Part shown: positions 38,860-48,916 of the stretch, one piece after another | How the letters are laid out: every line of letters begins with the position of its first letter | Numbering within the stretch: the stretch's first letter is position 1 | Assembly: GCA_024409235.1 (NCBI GenBank) | Contig: JAKSUA010000012.1 | Coordinates: forward strand, 918-64,917 | Source of the DNA: Bacteroidales bacterium | GTDB taxonomy: Bacteria; Bacteroidota; Bacteroidia; Bacteroidales; UBA1715 | Reading direction: 5' to 3' | Length of the DNA: 64,000 nt | Position numbers and translations under genes: made by a program | Notes under the pieces: generated by a model | Seen by the model: the letters and a program-made list of their open reading frames with translations, nothing else | What the model was told of the DNA's origin: nothing | Database searches by the model: none

Positions 38860-39759
38860 ATGAGATTAATTGAATTTCAACAACAGAACGAAATACCTGA
38901 ATATTTACGGACAAAATCTGGTTTGGCTAGTCAGATAATTTTCGAAGCTGTTTTTGCTGTAATATTCATTAATATATATAAACCTTTTACTTCCGAAATT
39001 TGGGGAAATATTACCTCTTTGGAATATTTCTTATGGTCTTTGGGGATAGTCTTCATTGGAGCTGTTGTTTTAGTCGTAAGTAAAACTATAATGTTTTTTT
39101 ACGCAAAAAAACATAGAATCTTTTATTGGGTTTATGCTGTTTGGACTTTTATTGATTTGTCGGCAATGGCAGGCTTTTATACTTTAATTGCAAAATATGC
39201 AATGCCGAATACATCTCATATAAGCGATGGAACAGAAATGGTAAACTTCTTCTGGTCAACTTTTTCTTCTGCATTCTTTGTCTTGTTGATTCCTGCAATG
39301 ATAGCTTGGTTGTACCTAGCTTTTTCTCAGAAAAAAATTGATTTGCAGAAACTCCAGAACTTACTAAGAGAAAATCCTTCTGTTGCTATAGATCAACCAT
39401 CAGTATTACATTTTAAAGATGAAAAAGGCGAAGTGAAATTCTCGATAAAATCTGAATATGTTATATGGATAGAAGCTGCTGATAATTATGTTGTAATAAA
39501 ATATCAAAATCAGGAGAAGATATCTGAATTTGTTTTGCGTAACTCTTTGAAACATTTAGCTGATGATTTAAAAAAATCAACGTTGTTTCGTTGCCATCGG
39601 TCTTTTATGGTAAATTTTGACCATGCTGTTGCTTTACGTAAAGGTCAAGACGGATTAATTATAGAGTTAGATATTCAACCTGTAAAATCAATCCCTGTTT
39701 CAAAAACATATAAAGAAGACGCATCACGTGCGTTTATGCAATATACAACTAGCAAGTAG
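38860..39759 (+). CDS. Membrane-anchored LytTR-family regulator
   Basis: Four TM helices then IEAADNY...FRCHRSFMVN...IPVSKTY; ATG 38860 preferred. Confidence 0.88.
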   Translation: MRLIEFQQQNEIPEYLRTKSGLASQIIFEAVFAVIFINIYKPFTSEIWGNITSLEYFLWSLGIVFIGAVVLVVSKTIMFFYAKKHRIFYWVYAVWTFIDLSAMAGFYTLIAKYAMPNTSHISDGTEMVNFFWSTFSSAFFVLLIPAMIAWLYLAFSQKKIDLQKLQNLLRENPSVAIDQPSVLHFKDEKGEVKFSIKSEYVIWIEAADNYVVIKYQNQEKISEFVLRNSLKHLADDLKKSTLFRCHRSFMVNFDHAVALRKGQDGLIIELDIQPVKSIPVSKTYKEDASRAFMQYTTSK

Positions 39760-39765
39760 TTGATT

Positions 39766-40461
39766 CTATTTTTGTAGTTCTTGTTTGATAATATTGCTGA
39801 CTTTATTTGACAACAGAACAGCGTCATTTTCGCTTAATCCTTGAACTGATATAGGTTCTCCAAAGCATACAGTGACTTTTGTTGGTCGAAAACGGATGTT
39901 TGAACGTGACCATGCTTTTGCTGAGTTTTTTATAGTTACGGGAACTATGTCTGTTTGGGAACTGATTGCAAGTTTAAAACCACCTTTCTTGAAAGAGTTT
40001 AGATTTCCATCCTTTGTTCTTGTGCCTTCTGGAAAAATTGCGATATCCATTCCTTGAGAAATCAAATCAACAGCATGGCGCATACTTGTTGCAGATTTTT
40101 GTGCATTTCCTCGCTCGATAAAAATCATTTGTATTTTTTTTAGCATGAAGCCTGTAAAGATGTTGTGTCTTAGTTCTTCTTTTGCTAAGAAATGCAGCAT
40201 TCGTTTCGAGGCATAAAATAAACATGGAATATCAAAAAAGGAAGAGTGATTTGCCATGAAAATATAGTTCTTGTTTGGATCAAGATGTTCAATCCCTTTG
40301 GATTTTATTGGACTCAAGACGATGAACGAATTGACTGGAGCCCAAAGGTGTACTGTAAGCCAAAGGGTTGCTTTTGAAGGCAAAAATAGGGTAAGTATGT
40401 AAACAAAAAATAGTGTCCAAAAACCAAGTAAAACTAGTTGTATAATATTTAGAATTATCAT
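39766..40461 (-). CDS. plsC: 1-acyl-sn-glycerol-3-phosphate acyltransferase
   Basis: NHSSFFD, FPEGTR, FKKG. Confidence 0.9.
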   Translation of the reverse strand: MIILNIIQLVLLGFWTLFFVYILTLFLPSKATLWLTVHLWAPVNSFIVLSPIKSKGIEHLDPNKNYIFMANHSSFFDIPCLFYASKRMLHFLAKEELRHNIFTGFMLKKIQMIFIERGNAQKSATSMRHAVDLISQGMDIAIFPEGTRTKDGNLNSFKKGGFKLAISSQTDIVPVTIKNSAKAWSRSNIRFRPTKVTVCFGEPISVQGLSENDAVLLSNKVSNIIKQELQK

Positions 40462-40539
40462 AAAGGTTATGTTTTTCTGTAAAAAAATGAGTATGTCTTT
40501 ATAAAAGATTATTTTTACAAAGAAAAAGATTTTTTTGAT

Positions 40540-41238
40540 ATGAATGGTAAAATCTATTTAATTCCTACGGAAATGGGTGAACAAGATTCCTCACGTTTGT
40601 TTCCTTCTTATAATCTAAGCATTATAGAACATGTTGATTTTTATATTGTAGAGAATGTAAGAACGGTTCGTAGGTTTATTAAAAAAGTTTGTCCGACAAA
40701 GAAAATAGAAGATGTCGTTTTTTATGAAATAAACAAACATTCCCCTGCAGAACAATTACAGGAAATGATGAAACCTTTATTTGAGGGGAAAGATATTGGA
40801 GTTGTAAGTGAAGCAGGAATGCCATGTATTGCTGATCCCGGTAATATGGTTGTGGCAGAAGCGCACAGAAAAAATGTGCAGGTTGTTCCGTTGGTTGGTC
40901 CAAATTCCATTATAATGGCATTAATTGCCTCTGGTTTCAATGGTCAGAATTTTACTTTTCATGGATATGTACCAATAAAAGATGATCGTAAAAAAACGAT
41001 TCTTGCATGGGAGTCTGTTGCATTTAAAACAGGACAAACGCAAATTTTTATGGAAACTCCGTATCGAAATCAACAGTTGCTTGAAGATTTGCTAAATATC
41101 CTGAAACCATCCACTAGGTTGTGTGTTGCAACAGACATAACATTGCCGACGGAATCTATAAAAACGTATTCGGTGTCAGAGTGGAAGAGTAAGAAGGTTG
41201 ATTTACAAAAACGTCCGTCCATATTTTTAATATTGTAA
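40540..41238 (+). CDS. Tetrapyrrole-methylase-family SAM-dependent methyltransferase (RsmI-like)
   Basis: SEAGMPCIADPG, PLVGPNSI, FMETPYRN. Confidence 0.88.
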   Translation: MNGKIYLIPTEMGEQDSSRLFPSYNLSIIEHVDFYIVENVRTVRRFIKKVCPTKKIEDVVFYEINKHSPAEQLQEMMKPLFEGKDIGVVSEAGMPCIADPGNMVVAEAHRKNVQVVPLVGPNSIIMALIASGFNGQNFTFHGYVPIKDDRKKTILAWESVAFKTGQTQIFMETPYRNQQLLEDLLNILKPSTRLCVATDITLPTESIKTYSVSEWKSKKVDLQKRPSIFLIL

Positions 41239-41285
41239 ACAGTAAATGTGAAAAAAAATGTATCTTGCGTGGCAACAATGGTAAT

Positions 41286-41669
41286 ATGGCAAAGAAAAAA
41301 ATAGAGCTGGAATTTGAGATGAATACAATGCCGGGAGTTTTGTATAAGCGTTTTGCTACTCCGGATGGCTTGGCCACATGGTTTGCTGATGCTGTTGTAT
41401 GTGACGGGGATGAAATATATTCTTTCCTGTGGGGAAAAGATGTTATAACTCGTGCATTTTTGTTGGGTGCAAAAGAAAATAAGTTTGTACGCTTTCGTTG
41501 GGAAGATGACGACGAAGATGATTATTTCGAATTTGAAATTTTAGAGAGTGAATTGTCGGGCGTCATCACGTTGAAAGTTATTGATTTTTCCGAAGAGGAC
41601 GAATATGAAGATGTTGTGAGGCTCTGGAATTTTCAGATAGAAAGTTTGAAAAGAATTTTAGCTGCGTAG
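41286..41669 (+). CDS. START-like/SRPBCC domain protein
   Basis: TPDGLATWFADAV, VRFRW, LKVIDF. Confidence 0.85.
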   Translation: MAKKKIELEFEMNTMPGVLYKRFATPDGLATWFADAVVCDGDEIYSFLWGKDVITRAFLLGAKENKFVRFRWEDDDEDDYFEFEILESELSGVITLKVIDFSEEDEYEDVVRLWNFQIESLKRILAA

Positions 41670-41675
41670 TTGGGT

Positions 41676-43121
41676 ATGTTAGGTGTAAAAAAATTAGACA
41701 TATTTATTTTAAAATCATATTTGTTGCCTTTACTCATAACTTTTTTTGTAACAACATTCCTGTTGTTAATGCAGTTTCTTTGGCGTTATATTGATGATTT
41801 GGTTGGTAAGGGGTTGGAAATGAATGTGATATTGGAATTGTTCTTCTTCGCAGCTATGGGTATCCTGCAGATGTCGTTGCCATTAGCAGTGTTGTGCGCA
41901 TCAATATTTGCTTATGGTAGCATGGGCGATACCAATGAATTGATAGCAATAAAATCTGCCGGGGTTTCATTGTCAAGGATTATGCGTCCTTTGATTATTT
42001 TCAATATTTTCTTGATGTTTGGCTCATTTGTGTATGCGAATAATGTGTTGCCATATTCAAATTTACGTTTATGGTCATTGATGTTTGATGTAAGAAATCA
42101 ACGTCCGGAAATGAATATCAAGGAAGGTGTTTTTTTTGATGGAATAGAACAGGTTCGTTTAAAGATTTCTTCAAAAAATACGGAAACAAATATGATGTAT
42201 GACATGATGATATACGATCATAGGAATAATTCTGGTAATACAAGTGTAATTATTGCTGATTCGGCAACAATGAAGGTAACTGATGATAAGCAAGCGCTTG
42301 TTCTAACATTATATAGTGGGGAATCCTATGAAGATGTAATAGATAGAAGAAATCCGGAAGTTTATAGACAAAGCCGGCCTTTCCGACAATATTCGTTTGA
42401 TAAACAGCAAGTGTTGTTTGAGTTGGAAGACTATGCGTTTAATAGAACCAATATGGATTTGTTTAAACATAATTCTCAAATGCAGAATGTCTTGCAGTTA
42501 GATTATATGATAGATTCTTTATCGTTAAATTATAAAGAGCATAATGCGAGGTCATTTAAACAGTATTATATTAATAATGTATATAAGTATAGGGATGAAA
42601 ACGGAAATGGTACCGTTATTACTTTGGATTCGTTAAGAAAAACCTTTTCTAATGCCGAGGATTTAGCTGTTGTAATGAGAGCAGCTAACGTCGCAAGAAC
42701 TTCAGAATCTTTTTTGCTCGCCGCTGTCGATAGTAATATCGATCAAGAAAAGGGATTAAATAAGTTACGTATAGAATGGCATAAAAAGTTCACACTAGGA
42801 TTTGCCTGTTTAATCATGTTTTTTGTTGGTGCTCCCTTTGGTGCTCTGGTAAAAAAAGGTGGTTTTGGAATCCCGGTAATATTTTCTTTTATCTTTTACT
42901 TATTATATTATGTATTAACAATGATAGGAGAGAAGAGTGTGAAGGCTGCGTCTGTTAGCACTTGGTTTGGAATGTGGTTCCCTATAGTGATAATTATGAT
43001 AGTGGGAGTTTATTTTACTAAGTTGGCAATGAATGATAAGGAGTTGCCTTCTCCTGTTCCTTTTTTGAAGAATATATCTTCAAAGATATTGGCGAAAAAA
43101 ATGAAATTAAATAAAAAATAG
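41676..43121 (+). CDS. LptF/LptG family LPS export permease
   Basis: LMQFLWRYIDDLVGKG, NELIAIKSAG, EWHKKFTL...GAPFG. Confidence 0.92.
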   Translation: MLGVKKLDIFILKSYLLPLLITFFVTTFLLLMQFLWRYIDDLVGKGLEMNVILELFFFAAMGILQMSLPLAVLCASIFAYGSMGDTNELIAIKSAGVSLSRIMRPLIIFNIFLMFGSFVYANNVLPYSNLRLWSLMFDVRNQRPEMNIKEGVFFDGIEQVRLKISSKNTETNMMYDMMIYDHRNNSGNTSVIIADSATMKVTDDKQALVLTLYSGESYEDVIDRRNPEVYRQSRPFRQYSFDKQQVLFELEDYAFNRTNMDLFKHNSQMQNVLQLDYMIDSLSLNYKEHNARSFKQYYINNVYKYRDENGNGTVITLDSLRKTFSNAEDLAVVMRAANVARTSESFLLAAVDSNIDQEKGLNKLRIEWHKKFTLGFACLIMFFVGAPFGALVKKGGFGIPVIFSFIFYLLYYVLTMIGEKSVKAASVSTWFGMWFPIVIIMIVGVYFTKLAMNDKELPSPVPFLKNISSKILAKKMKLNKK

Positions 43122-43125
43122 AACT

Positions 43126-43572
43126 ATGAAACTTACAAAACAAGTTGCCGTTGATTTAATGGCCGCTATGAAAAATCAGGAAAAGGGCAAACTGGATGCT
43201 CTACGTTCTTTAAAAACAGCATTTATTTTAGCAAAATCAGAAACTGGTGCTACAGATTTAGCAGATGACGAGGAACTGAAGATAGTTCAAAAGCTAATAA
43301 AACAAAGACGTGACTCTGCAGCTGAATATATTGCTAATAATCGTCAGGATCTTGCTGATAAGGAAAACTCTGAGGCTGATGTTTTATCTGCATATTTGCC
43401 AAAACAGTTAAGCGTTGAAGAAATTACAGATGTTGTAAAACAGATTATTGCAGAAGTTGGCGCTACTTCAATGAAGGAAATGGGAAAAGTTATGGGAATA
43501 GCAAGTAAGAAATTGGCAGGCTCGGCTGACGGTAAAGCTATTTCAGATGTTGTAAAAACGCTTCTTTCGTAG
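43126..43572 (+). CDS. GatB/YqeY domain protein
   Basis: AMKNQEK, KQRRDSA, YLPKQLS, MGKVMG. Confidence 0.93.
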   Translation: MKLTKQVAVDLMAAMKNQEKGKLDALRSLKTAFILAKSETGATDLADDEELKIVQKLIKQRRDSAAEYIANNRQDLADKENSEADVLSAYLPKQLSVEEITDVVKQIIAEVGATSMKEMGKVMGIASKKLAGSADGKAISDVVKTLLS

Positions 43573-43673
43573 AAATACACGTCTTAAATAGAATGATTTT
43601 AACAAAATCATTGCAATCATAAAAAAAATATATTTTCTTTACGCACTAATTTCTTGAAGACGAAAAAAGCAAG

Positions 43674-44651
43674 ATGAGTAGATTTGTGAAGTTGATTCCC
43701 AAAATAGTTATTGTTTCTTTTGCAATAATTCATTTTTCTATAGATTCTTTTGCACAATTGAATCCTCGAAGCACGTTGTATTCTTTTCATCAGTCTTCAT
43801 ACAATCCCGCAGTTTGTGGAGCTTATGATTATGGATCTGCAGATTTGGTTATAAGAAAGCAATATCTAGGTTTTGAAGGAAATTCTGGACCAGCATCAAC
43901 ATGGTTTGATTTTTCAATGCCAATAAAGAGCTTGAATAGTGGGGCAGGATTGTCTATAGCACAAACAAAGGAGGGTTTTGAAAAACGATTGTCTGCAAAA
44001 TTGAATTATGCTTATCATTTGAATATTGGTGTTGGTTCTTTAGGATTTGGTTTAAGTGCTGGTCTCAATAATGCTGGATGGGATTTTAGTAATGCTATAT
44101 ATCCAGATGGTACCTCAGATAATTTTATTGAGTCAACAATTGCTTCACAGGAGAGTTTTTCTAATTTGTTGTTAGGCTTTGGAATGTTTTATAAACGAGG
44201 TGGTCTGTATGCTGCTGCTGCTGTTACAGAACTTAACGAGCCTGCATTAAAATATGAAACTGGAAAAACAGACTATTTAAAAAGACATTATTGGCTGTCT
44301 GGCGGATATGAATATCAGTTGTCTAATCCCAAATGGTCGTTATATCCTTCAATGACGTTAAAGACAACTTTCTCTGATTGGCAGGCAAGTTTTGATTGTA
44401 GAGCAATCTATAATAATTTTATAATAGGAGGCATTTGTTATACTAGCAGCAATGATATTTCGATAAATATAGGTGCTCAGTTTGCTGATGGAACAAAGTT
44501 GGATGGTTTGAAAGCAATTTTTTCTTATGATATTGTAACCTCAAAAATAGGAGGAGAAAGTGCTGGTAGTCTTGAATTTATGGTGTCGTATGATTTTAAT
44601 ATTTTTGTTGAAAAAGAAAATAAGACTTATAAAAGTGTAAGATTTTTGTAG
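43674..44651 (+). CDS. porP: T9SS membrane protein PorP/SprF
   Basis: YNPAVCG, RKQYLGF, NYAYH, FSYD...GSLEF; immediately upstream of porK. Confidence 0.85.
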   Translation: MSRFVKLIPKIVIVSFAIIHFSIDSFAQLNPRSTLYSFHQSSYNPAVCGAYDYGSADLVIRKQYLGFEGNSGPASTWFDFSMPIKSLNSGAGLSIAQTKEGFEKRLSAKLNYAYHLNIGVGSLGFGLSAGLNNAGWDFSNAIYPDGTSDNFIESTIASQESFSNLLLGFGMFYKRGGLYAAAAVTELNEPALKYETGKTDYLKRHYWLSGGYEYQLSNPKWSLYPSMTLKTTFSDWQASFDCRAIYNNFIIGGICYTSSNDISINIGAQFADGTKLDGLKAIFSYDIVTSKIGGESAGSLEFMVSYDFNIFVEKENKTYKSVRFL

Positions 44652-44701
44652 GATATTAAGAAAAAACTATTACCTTGCGAATTATTTTAATATGAATACA
44701 T

Positions 44702-46099
44702 ATGAAAAAGTTATTGTTCTTTAGTTCAGTTATCGCCTTGATGGTAAGTTGTTCATCGAACTACCAAACAGGTGAGTTGTCTGGTACGCAGGCAAGACCG
44801 GTATGGGATAATGAAGTTCCATTTGGGATGTTGTTTATTCCTCAGGGAAGTTTGAATGTTGGTCCAAGTGATCAAGATGTTGCGTGGGCAAACACAGCTC
44901 AGAATAGAAATGTGTCTGTTCAGTCATTTTGGATGGATGAGACAGAAATAACAAATAACGAATATCGTCAATTTGTTGATTGGGTTCGTGACTCTTTGGC
45001 TTATGTAACTTTGAAAGAAGATGCAGGTAAGGAAGATTTGTTTGTTACTGTAAATGAATTTGGCGAAGACCTTGATGATGATGAGCAATATATCGATTGG
45101 TCTAAACCTATTGATTGGAACGAAGCTGAAAACAGAGAAGCTTTGTTGTCTTTCTTTTTACAAGGTGACGAAAGATTTTATAAAAAACATGAATTAGATG
45201 TTCGTCGTTTGAACTTTACGTATTATTGGATGGATTTCAAGCAGGCTGCTGAAAAACATAAAGTAAACGGAAAAGAAAACCGTGCATATAATTACAAAAC
45301 TGGTAAATACGAAGGTGAAGTACTTCGTGCAGATGGAACAAGACAAGCAATAAAGGACAGATCTTCATATATAGTAAAAGAAGAAATCAATGTATATCCA
45401 GACACTTTATGTTGGGTTAGTGATTATACATATTCTTACAATGATCCAATGTCAGCAATGTATTTCTGGCATCCTGCGTATGATCATTATCCAGTTGTAG
45501 GTGTTTCTTGGAAACAAGCTGTAGCATTCAGCATTTGGAGAACTCAATTGAAAAATGGATTCTTGAGAAGTATGAAGAAAGTTATCGTAAACGATTATCG
45601 TTTGCCTTCAGAAACAGAATGGGAATATGCTGCAAGAGGTGGTTTGGAATCATCTCCATATCCATGGGGTGGTAATTATACAAGAAACTATTTAGGCTGT
45701 TTTATTGCAAACTTCAAACCTTTACGTGGTAACTATACTGATGATGGTGGTATTCAAACTATCGTAGTTGCTCACTATGAACCAAATGAATGGGGCTTGT
45801 ATGATATGGCAGGAAACGTTGCTGAGTGGACTCAAACAGCATTTGATGAGAGTGCATATAGCTTCACAGGTGATATGAATACTGATAATTACTATAGTGC
45901 ATTGGACGATGATCCGATAGTAATGAAAAGAAAAGTTGTTCGTGGTGGTTCTTGGAAAGATATCGCATATTATATGCAATGTAGCTCAAGAACTTATGAA
46001 TACCAAGATTCTGCAAAAAGTTACATTGGCTTTAGATGTGTACAGACTTACTTGGGTCGTTCTTTCGGACAAGATTCACAAGATTCACAAGTATATTAA
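44702..46099 (+). CDS. gldK: T9SS/gliding lipoprotein GldK/PorK (FGE-sulfatase fold)
   Basis: Lipobox MVSC; FWMDETEITNNEYRQF, YPVVGVSW, RLPSETEWEYAARGG, RGGSWKD. Confidence 0.93.
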   Translation: MKKLLFFSSVIALMVSCSSNYQTGELSGTQARPVWDNEVPFGMLFIPQGSLNVGPSDQDVAWANTAQNRNVSVQSFWMDETEITNNEYRQFVDWVRDSLAYVTLKEDAGKEDLFVTVNEFGEDLDDDEQYIDWSKPIDWNEAENREALLSFFLQGDERFYKKHELDVRRLNFTYYWMDFKQAAEKHKVNGKENRAYNYKTGKYEGEVLRADGTRQAIKDRSSYIVKEEINVYPDTLCWVSDYTYSYNDPMSAMYFWHPAYDHYPVVGVSWKQAVAFSIWRTQLKNGFLRSMKKVIVNDYRLPSETEWEYAARGGLESSPYPWGGNYTRNYLGCFIANFKPLRGNYTDDGGIQTIVVAHYEPNEWGLYDMAGNVAEWTQTAFDESAYSFTGDMNTDNYYSALDDDPIVMKRKVVRGGSWKDIAYYMQCSSRTYEYQDSAKSYIGFRCVQTYLGRSFGQDSQDSQVY

Positions 46100-46148
46100 T
46101 CGTTAAAAAAAGAAATAGAGTATTTAAACATTAAATTCGTTAAAAGTT

Positions 46149-47201
46149 ATGATGAGTATTTCAGAATTAGTAGAAACCGATGGATGGAAGAAGTTTATGG
46201 CGAAAGTCTATGGTTGGGGAGCATCTGTCGTAATGATCGGGGCATTGTTCAAAATCCAACACTATCCTGGTGCAGGTCCTATGCTTGTAGTTGGTCTTTT
46301 GACAGAAGCTGTTATTTTCTTCTTCTCTGCTTTCGAACCTGTTCATGCTGAAATCGACTGGACTTTAGTATATCCTGAATTGATTCCAACTCCAGAAGGG
46401 GAAGAAATCGAAGGTATTCAAGATACAACTCCGTTGACAACATTCTTGAAAGATAAATTGTCTGGAAAAATTGAAGGCGGCTTTGGTGGTGGCTCTGGTT
46501 CTGGAAAACAGGGTGGTGCTGCACTTGAGAAATTTGATGAATTATTAGAACAAGGAAAGCTTGGTCCAGAATTGTTTGAAAGATTAGGGAATAATTTGGA
46601 GACATTAAATAATAATGTTACAAATATGAATGATATCTCTAATGCTGCTATTGCTACTAATTCTTATGTAGAAAACATAAACAATGCAACAGGTTCTGTT
46701 TCTTCATTGTCTGGTGCGTTTGCTTCTTCTGCTGATAAACTTTCTCATTCAGTAGATTCTATTGCAACATCTGCACAACAAGCAGCAAACTCAATCGCAG
46801 AATCAGGAAGCAAGTCTTCTCAATTGATAGCTTCTTCTGCTGAACAAACTGCTGGTATTATTGCAACATCAGGTCAAAGCTATCAACAAATGTTGGAGAA
46901 CCTTAATGCTAACTTCTCTACAATTGGAAATAGCTCAAAAGCTCAAGCTGAACAACAAGAGGCTCTTACTAAGAACTTGTCTGCATTGAATGCTGTATAT
47001 GAATTACAATTGCAAAATTCAAGTAAAAATCTTAATGCTACAGATGAAATCACTTCTGGTATTAATTCAATTATGGCTGATTTGCAATCTACAGCAAATG
47101 ATGTTGCTCAATATAAAGCTGAAATCTCTAAATTAAGTCAAAACTTGTCTGCTCTTAATACAGTATATGGTAATATGCTTAATGCAATGAGCATTAGATA
47201 A
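46149..47201 (+). CDS. gldL: T9SS motor protein GldL/PorL
   Basis: YGWGASVVMIGALFK, GLLTEAVIFFFSAFE, WTLVYPEL, LNTVYGNML. Confidence 0.95.
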   Translation: MMSISELVETDGWKKFMAKVYGWGASVVMIGALFKIQHYPGAGPMLVVGLLTEAVIFFFSAFEPVHAEIDWTLVYPELIPTPEGEEIEGIQDTTPLTTFLKDKLSGKIEGGFGGGSGSGKQGGAALEKFDELLEQGKLGPELFERLGNNLETLNNNVTNMNDISNAAIATNSYVENINNATGSVSSLSGAFASSADKLSHSVDSIATSAQQAANSIAESGSKSSQLIASSAEQTAGIIATSGQSYQQMLENLNANFSTIGNSSKAQAEQQEALTKNLSALNAVYELQLQNSSKNLNATDEITSGINSIMADLQSTANDVAQYKAEISKLSQNLSALNTVYGNMLNAMSIR

Positions 47202-47235
47202 TTTTATTAAGAATTTATTTAAATATATTTAGATA

Positions 47236-48894
47236 ATGGGACACGGAAAAGAAACGCCGAGACAGAAGATGATAGGTATGATGTACCTATTCTATACTGC
47301 GTTGATGGCGTTGAACGTTTCAAAGGATGTGCTTGATTCTTTTATAAAAATCAATAACTCCTTAAACGAAACAAACACGAACTTTATCAGCAAAAACCAA
47401 ATTGCATATAGTGCGATAGAGAAGGCTTATTTAGCGAATCCAGGTAAAGCTCAAGCTATACATGATTTGTCTGGCATTTTGAAACAAAAAGCAGATAGTC
47501 TTGTTGCTGAAATGCAATATTATAAAGATACAATTATCTTTTATGCTGATAAAATTGATAGAAGTACTTGCTTTATGCTTCCTGAAACTGGAAGTACTCG
47601 TTTATATGTTGTAAATGAGGAAGGCGATACTGTTTCATTGGAAGCTCAATGTCAGTCTAAAGACAATTTGGATATTGCTTCTCAGATTATGGTTGGTAAT
47701 GACCAAGGATTGAGTGAAAATTGTGGTGGTGCAAAATTAAAACAGTCTATTATCAATTTTAGAGAATGGGTTTTAGGTGTTGCTGCTCAGTATGGCTCAG
47801 ATTCAACATCAATTACTGCTAAAAACATTAATTCTTCATTAAATACTAATGATGCTATAGGACATGAAGGCGGAGTGCAACCATGGGCAAGTGCTCAGTT
47901 TGAACATTTACCATTGATGGGTGCGATTACAGTTTTAACACAATGGCAATCAGCAGTTCGTAATGTTGAAGGTGATATTGTAAATTTGATGTATAATCAA
48001 TTGGATGCTACTTCGTTTAAGTTTAATAAGCTTTCTCCTGTGATTTTAGCTCCAAGTACATATATCATGCAAGGTAATGAATATTCATCACAAATATTCT
48101 TGGCTGCATTTGATACGACACAAGCTTTAGATGTATATGTAAATGGAAGAAAACTTCCAATTGATCCTGCAAGTGGTCTTCCTGTTTATAAAGTAAATGG
48201 TGGAGGTATTGGTGCTCAAAAATATAATGCGGTGATTAAATTGCCAAAGCCAAATTCGACAGATACATTGTCTTATACAATTTCTGGAGAATATCAGGTT
48301 GCAAAACCAAGTTTGGTTGTTTCTCCAACGAAAATGAACGTATTCTATATTGGTCCAGAAAACCCTGTTGAAATATCTGTTCCAGGTGTGCCTGCAGATA
48401 AGATTTCAGCGTCTTTAACACCTTCAACTCATGGTTCTATATCAAAAACTTCTGGTGGGAGCTATATAGTAAAGGTATCACGACCTGGGAAATGTTCTAT
48501 TGCTGTTGTTGCAGATATCAATGGCAAAAAACAAAATATGGGTAGTGTTGAATTCCGTATTAAGACTGTTCCTGACCCAGTTGCACAAGTGTTGGGTATG
48601 AATGGTGGTGATATTGAAAAATCAAGATTGCAAGCTGCTCAAACTGTTGATGCTAAGATGAAAGATTTTGATTTCGACTTGTCTTTCAAAGTAACTTCAT
48701 TTACTGTTAGTGCGCAGGTAGGTGCTTATTTCTTGTCAGAAACTGTTAAAAGTAATAGAATTAATCCTCAGGTAAAACAAAATATCTTTAGCAAGGTATC
48801 TAAAGGTTCAAAAGTTTATTTTGAGGATATAAAGGCTGTTGGTCCAGATGGAAAACCAAGAAGTCTTGGCGTATTGAAATTTGTTGTTAAATAG
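47236..48894 (+). CDS. gldM: T9SS motor protein GldM/PorM
   Basis: PRQKMIGMMYL..TALMALNVS, KMNVFY. Confidence 0.95.
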   Translation: MGHGKETPRQKMIGMMYLFYTALMALNVSKDVLDSFIKINNSLNETNTNFISKNQIAYSAIEKAYLANPGKAQAIHDLSGILKQKADSLVAEMQYYKDTIIFYADKIDRSTCFMLPETGSTRLYVVNEEGDTVSLEAQCQSKDNLDIASQIMVGNDQGLSENCGGAKLKQSIINFREWVLGVAAQYGSDSTSITAKNINSSLNTNDAIGHEGGVQPWASAQFEHLPLMGAITVLTQWQSAVRNVEGDIVNLMYNQLDATSFKFNKLSPVILAPSTYIMQGNEYSSQIFLAAFDTTQALDVYVNGRKLPIDPASGLPVYKVNGGGIGAQKYNAVIKLPKPNSTDTLSYTISGEYQVAKPSLVVSPTKMNVFYIGPENPVEISVPGVPADKISASLTPSTHGSISKTSGGSYIVKVSRPGKCSIAVVADINGKKQNMGSVEFRIKTVPDPVAQVLGMNGGDIEKSRLQAAQTVDAKMKDFDFDLSFKVTSFTVSAQVGAYFLSETVKSNRINPQVKQNIFSKVSKGSKVYFEDIKAVGPDGKPRSLGVLKFVVK

Positions 48895-48916
48895 AAAAAC
48901 CTAAAATTATATAGTT

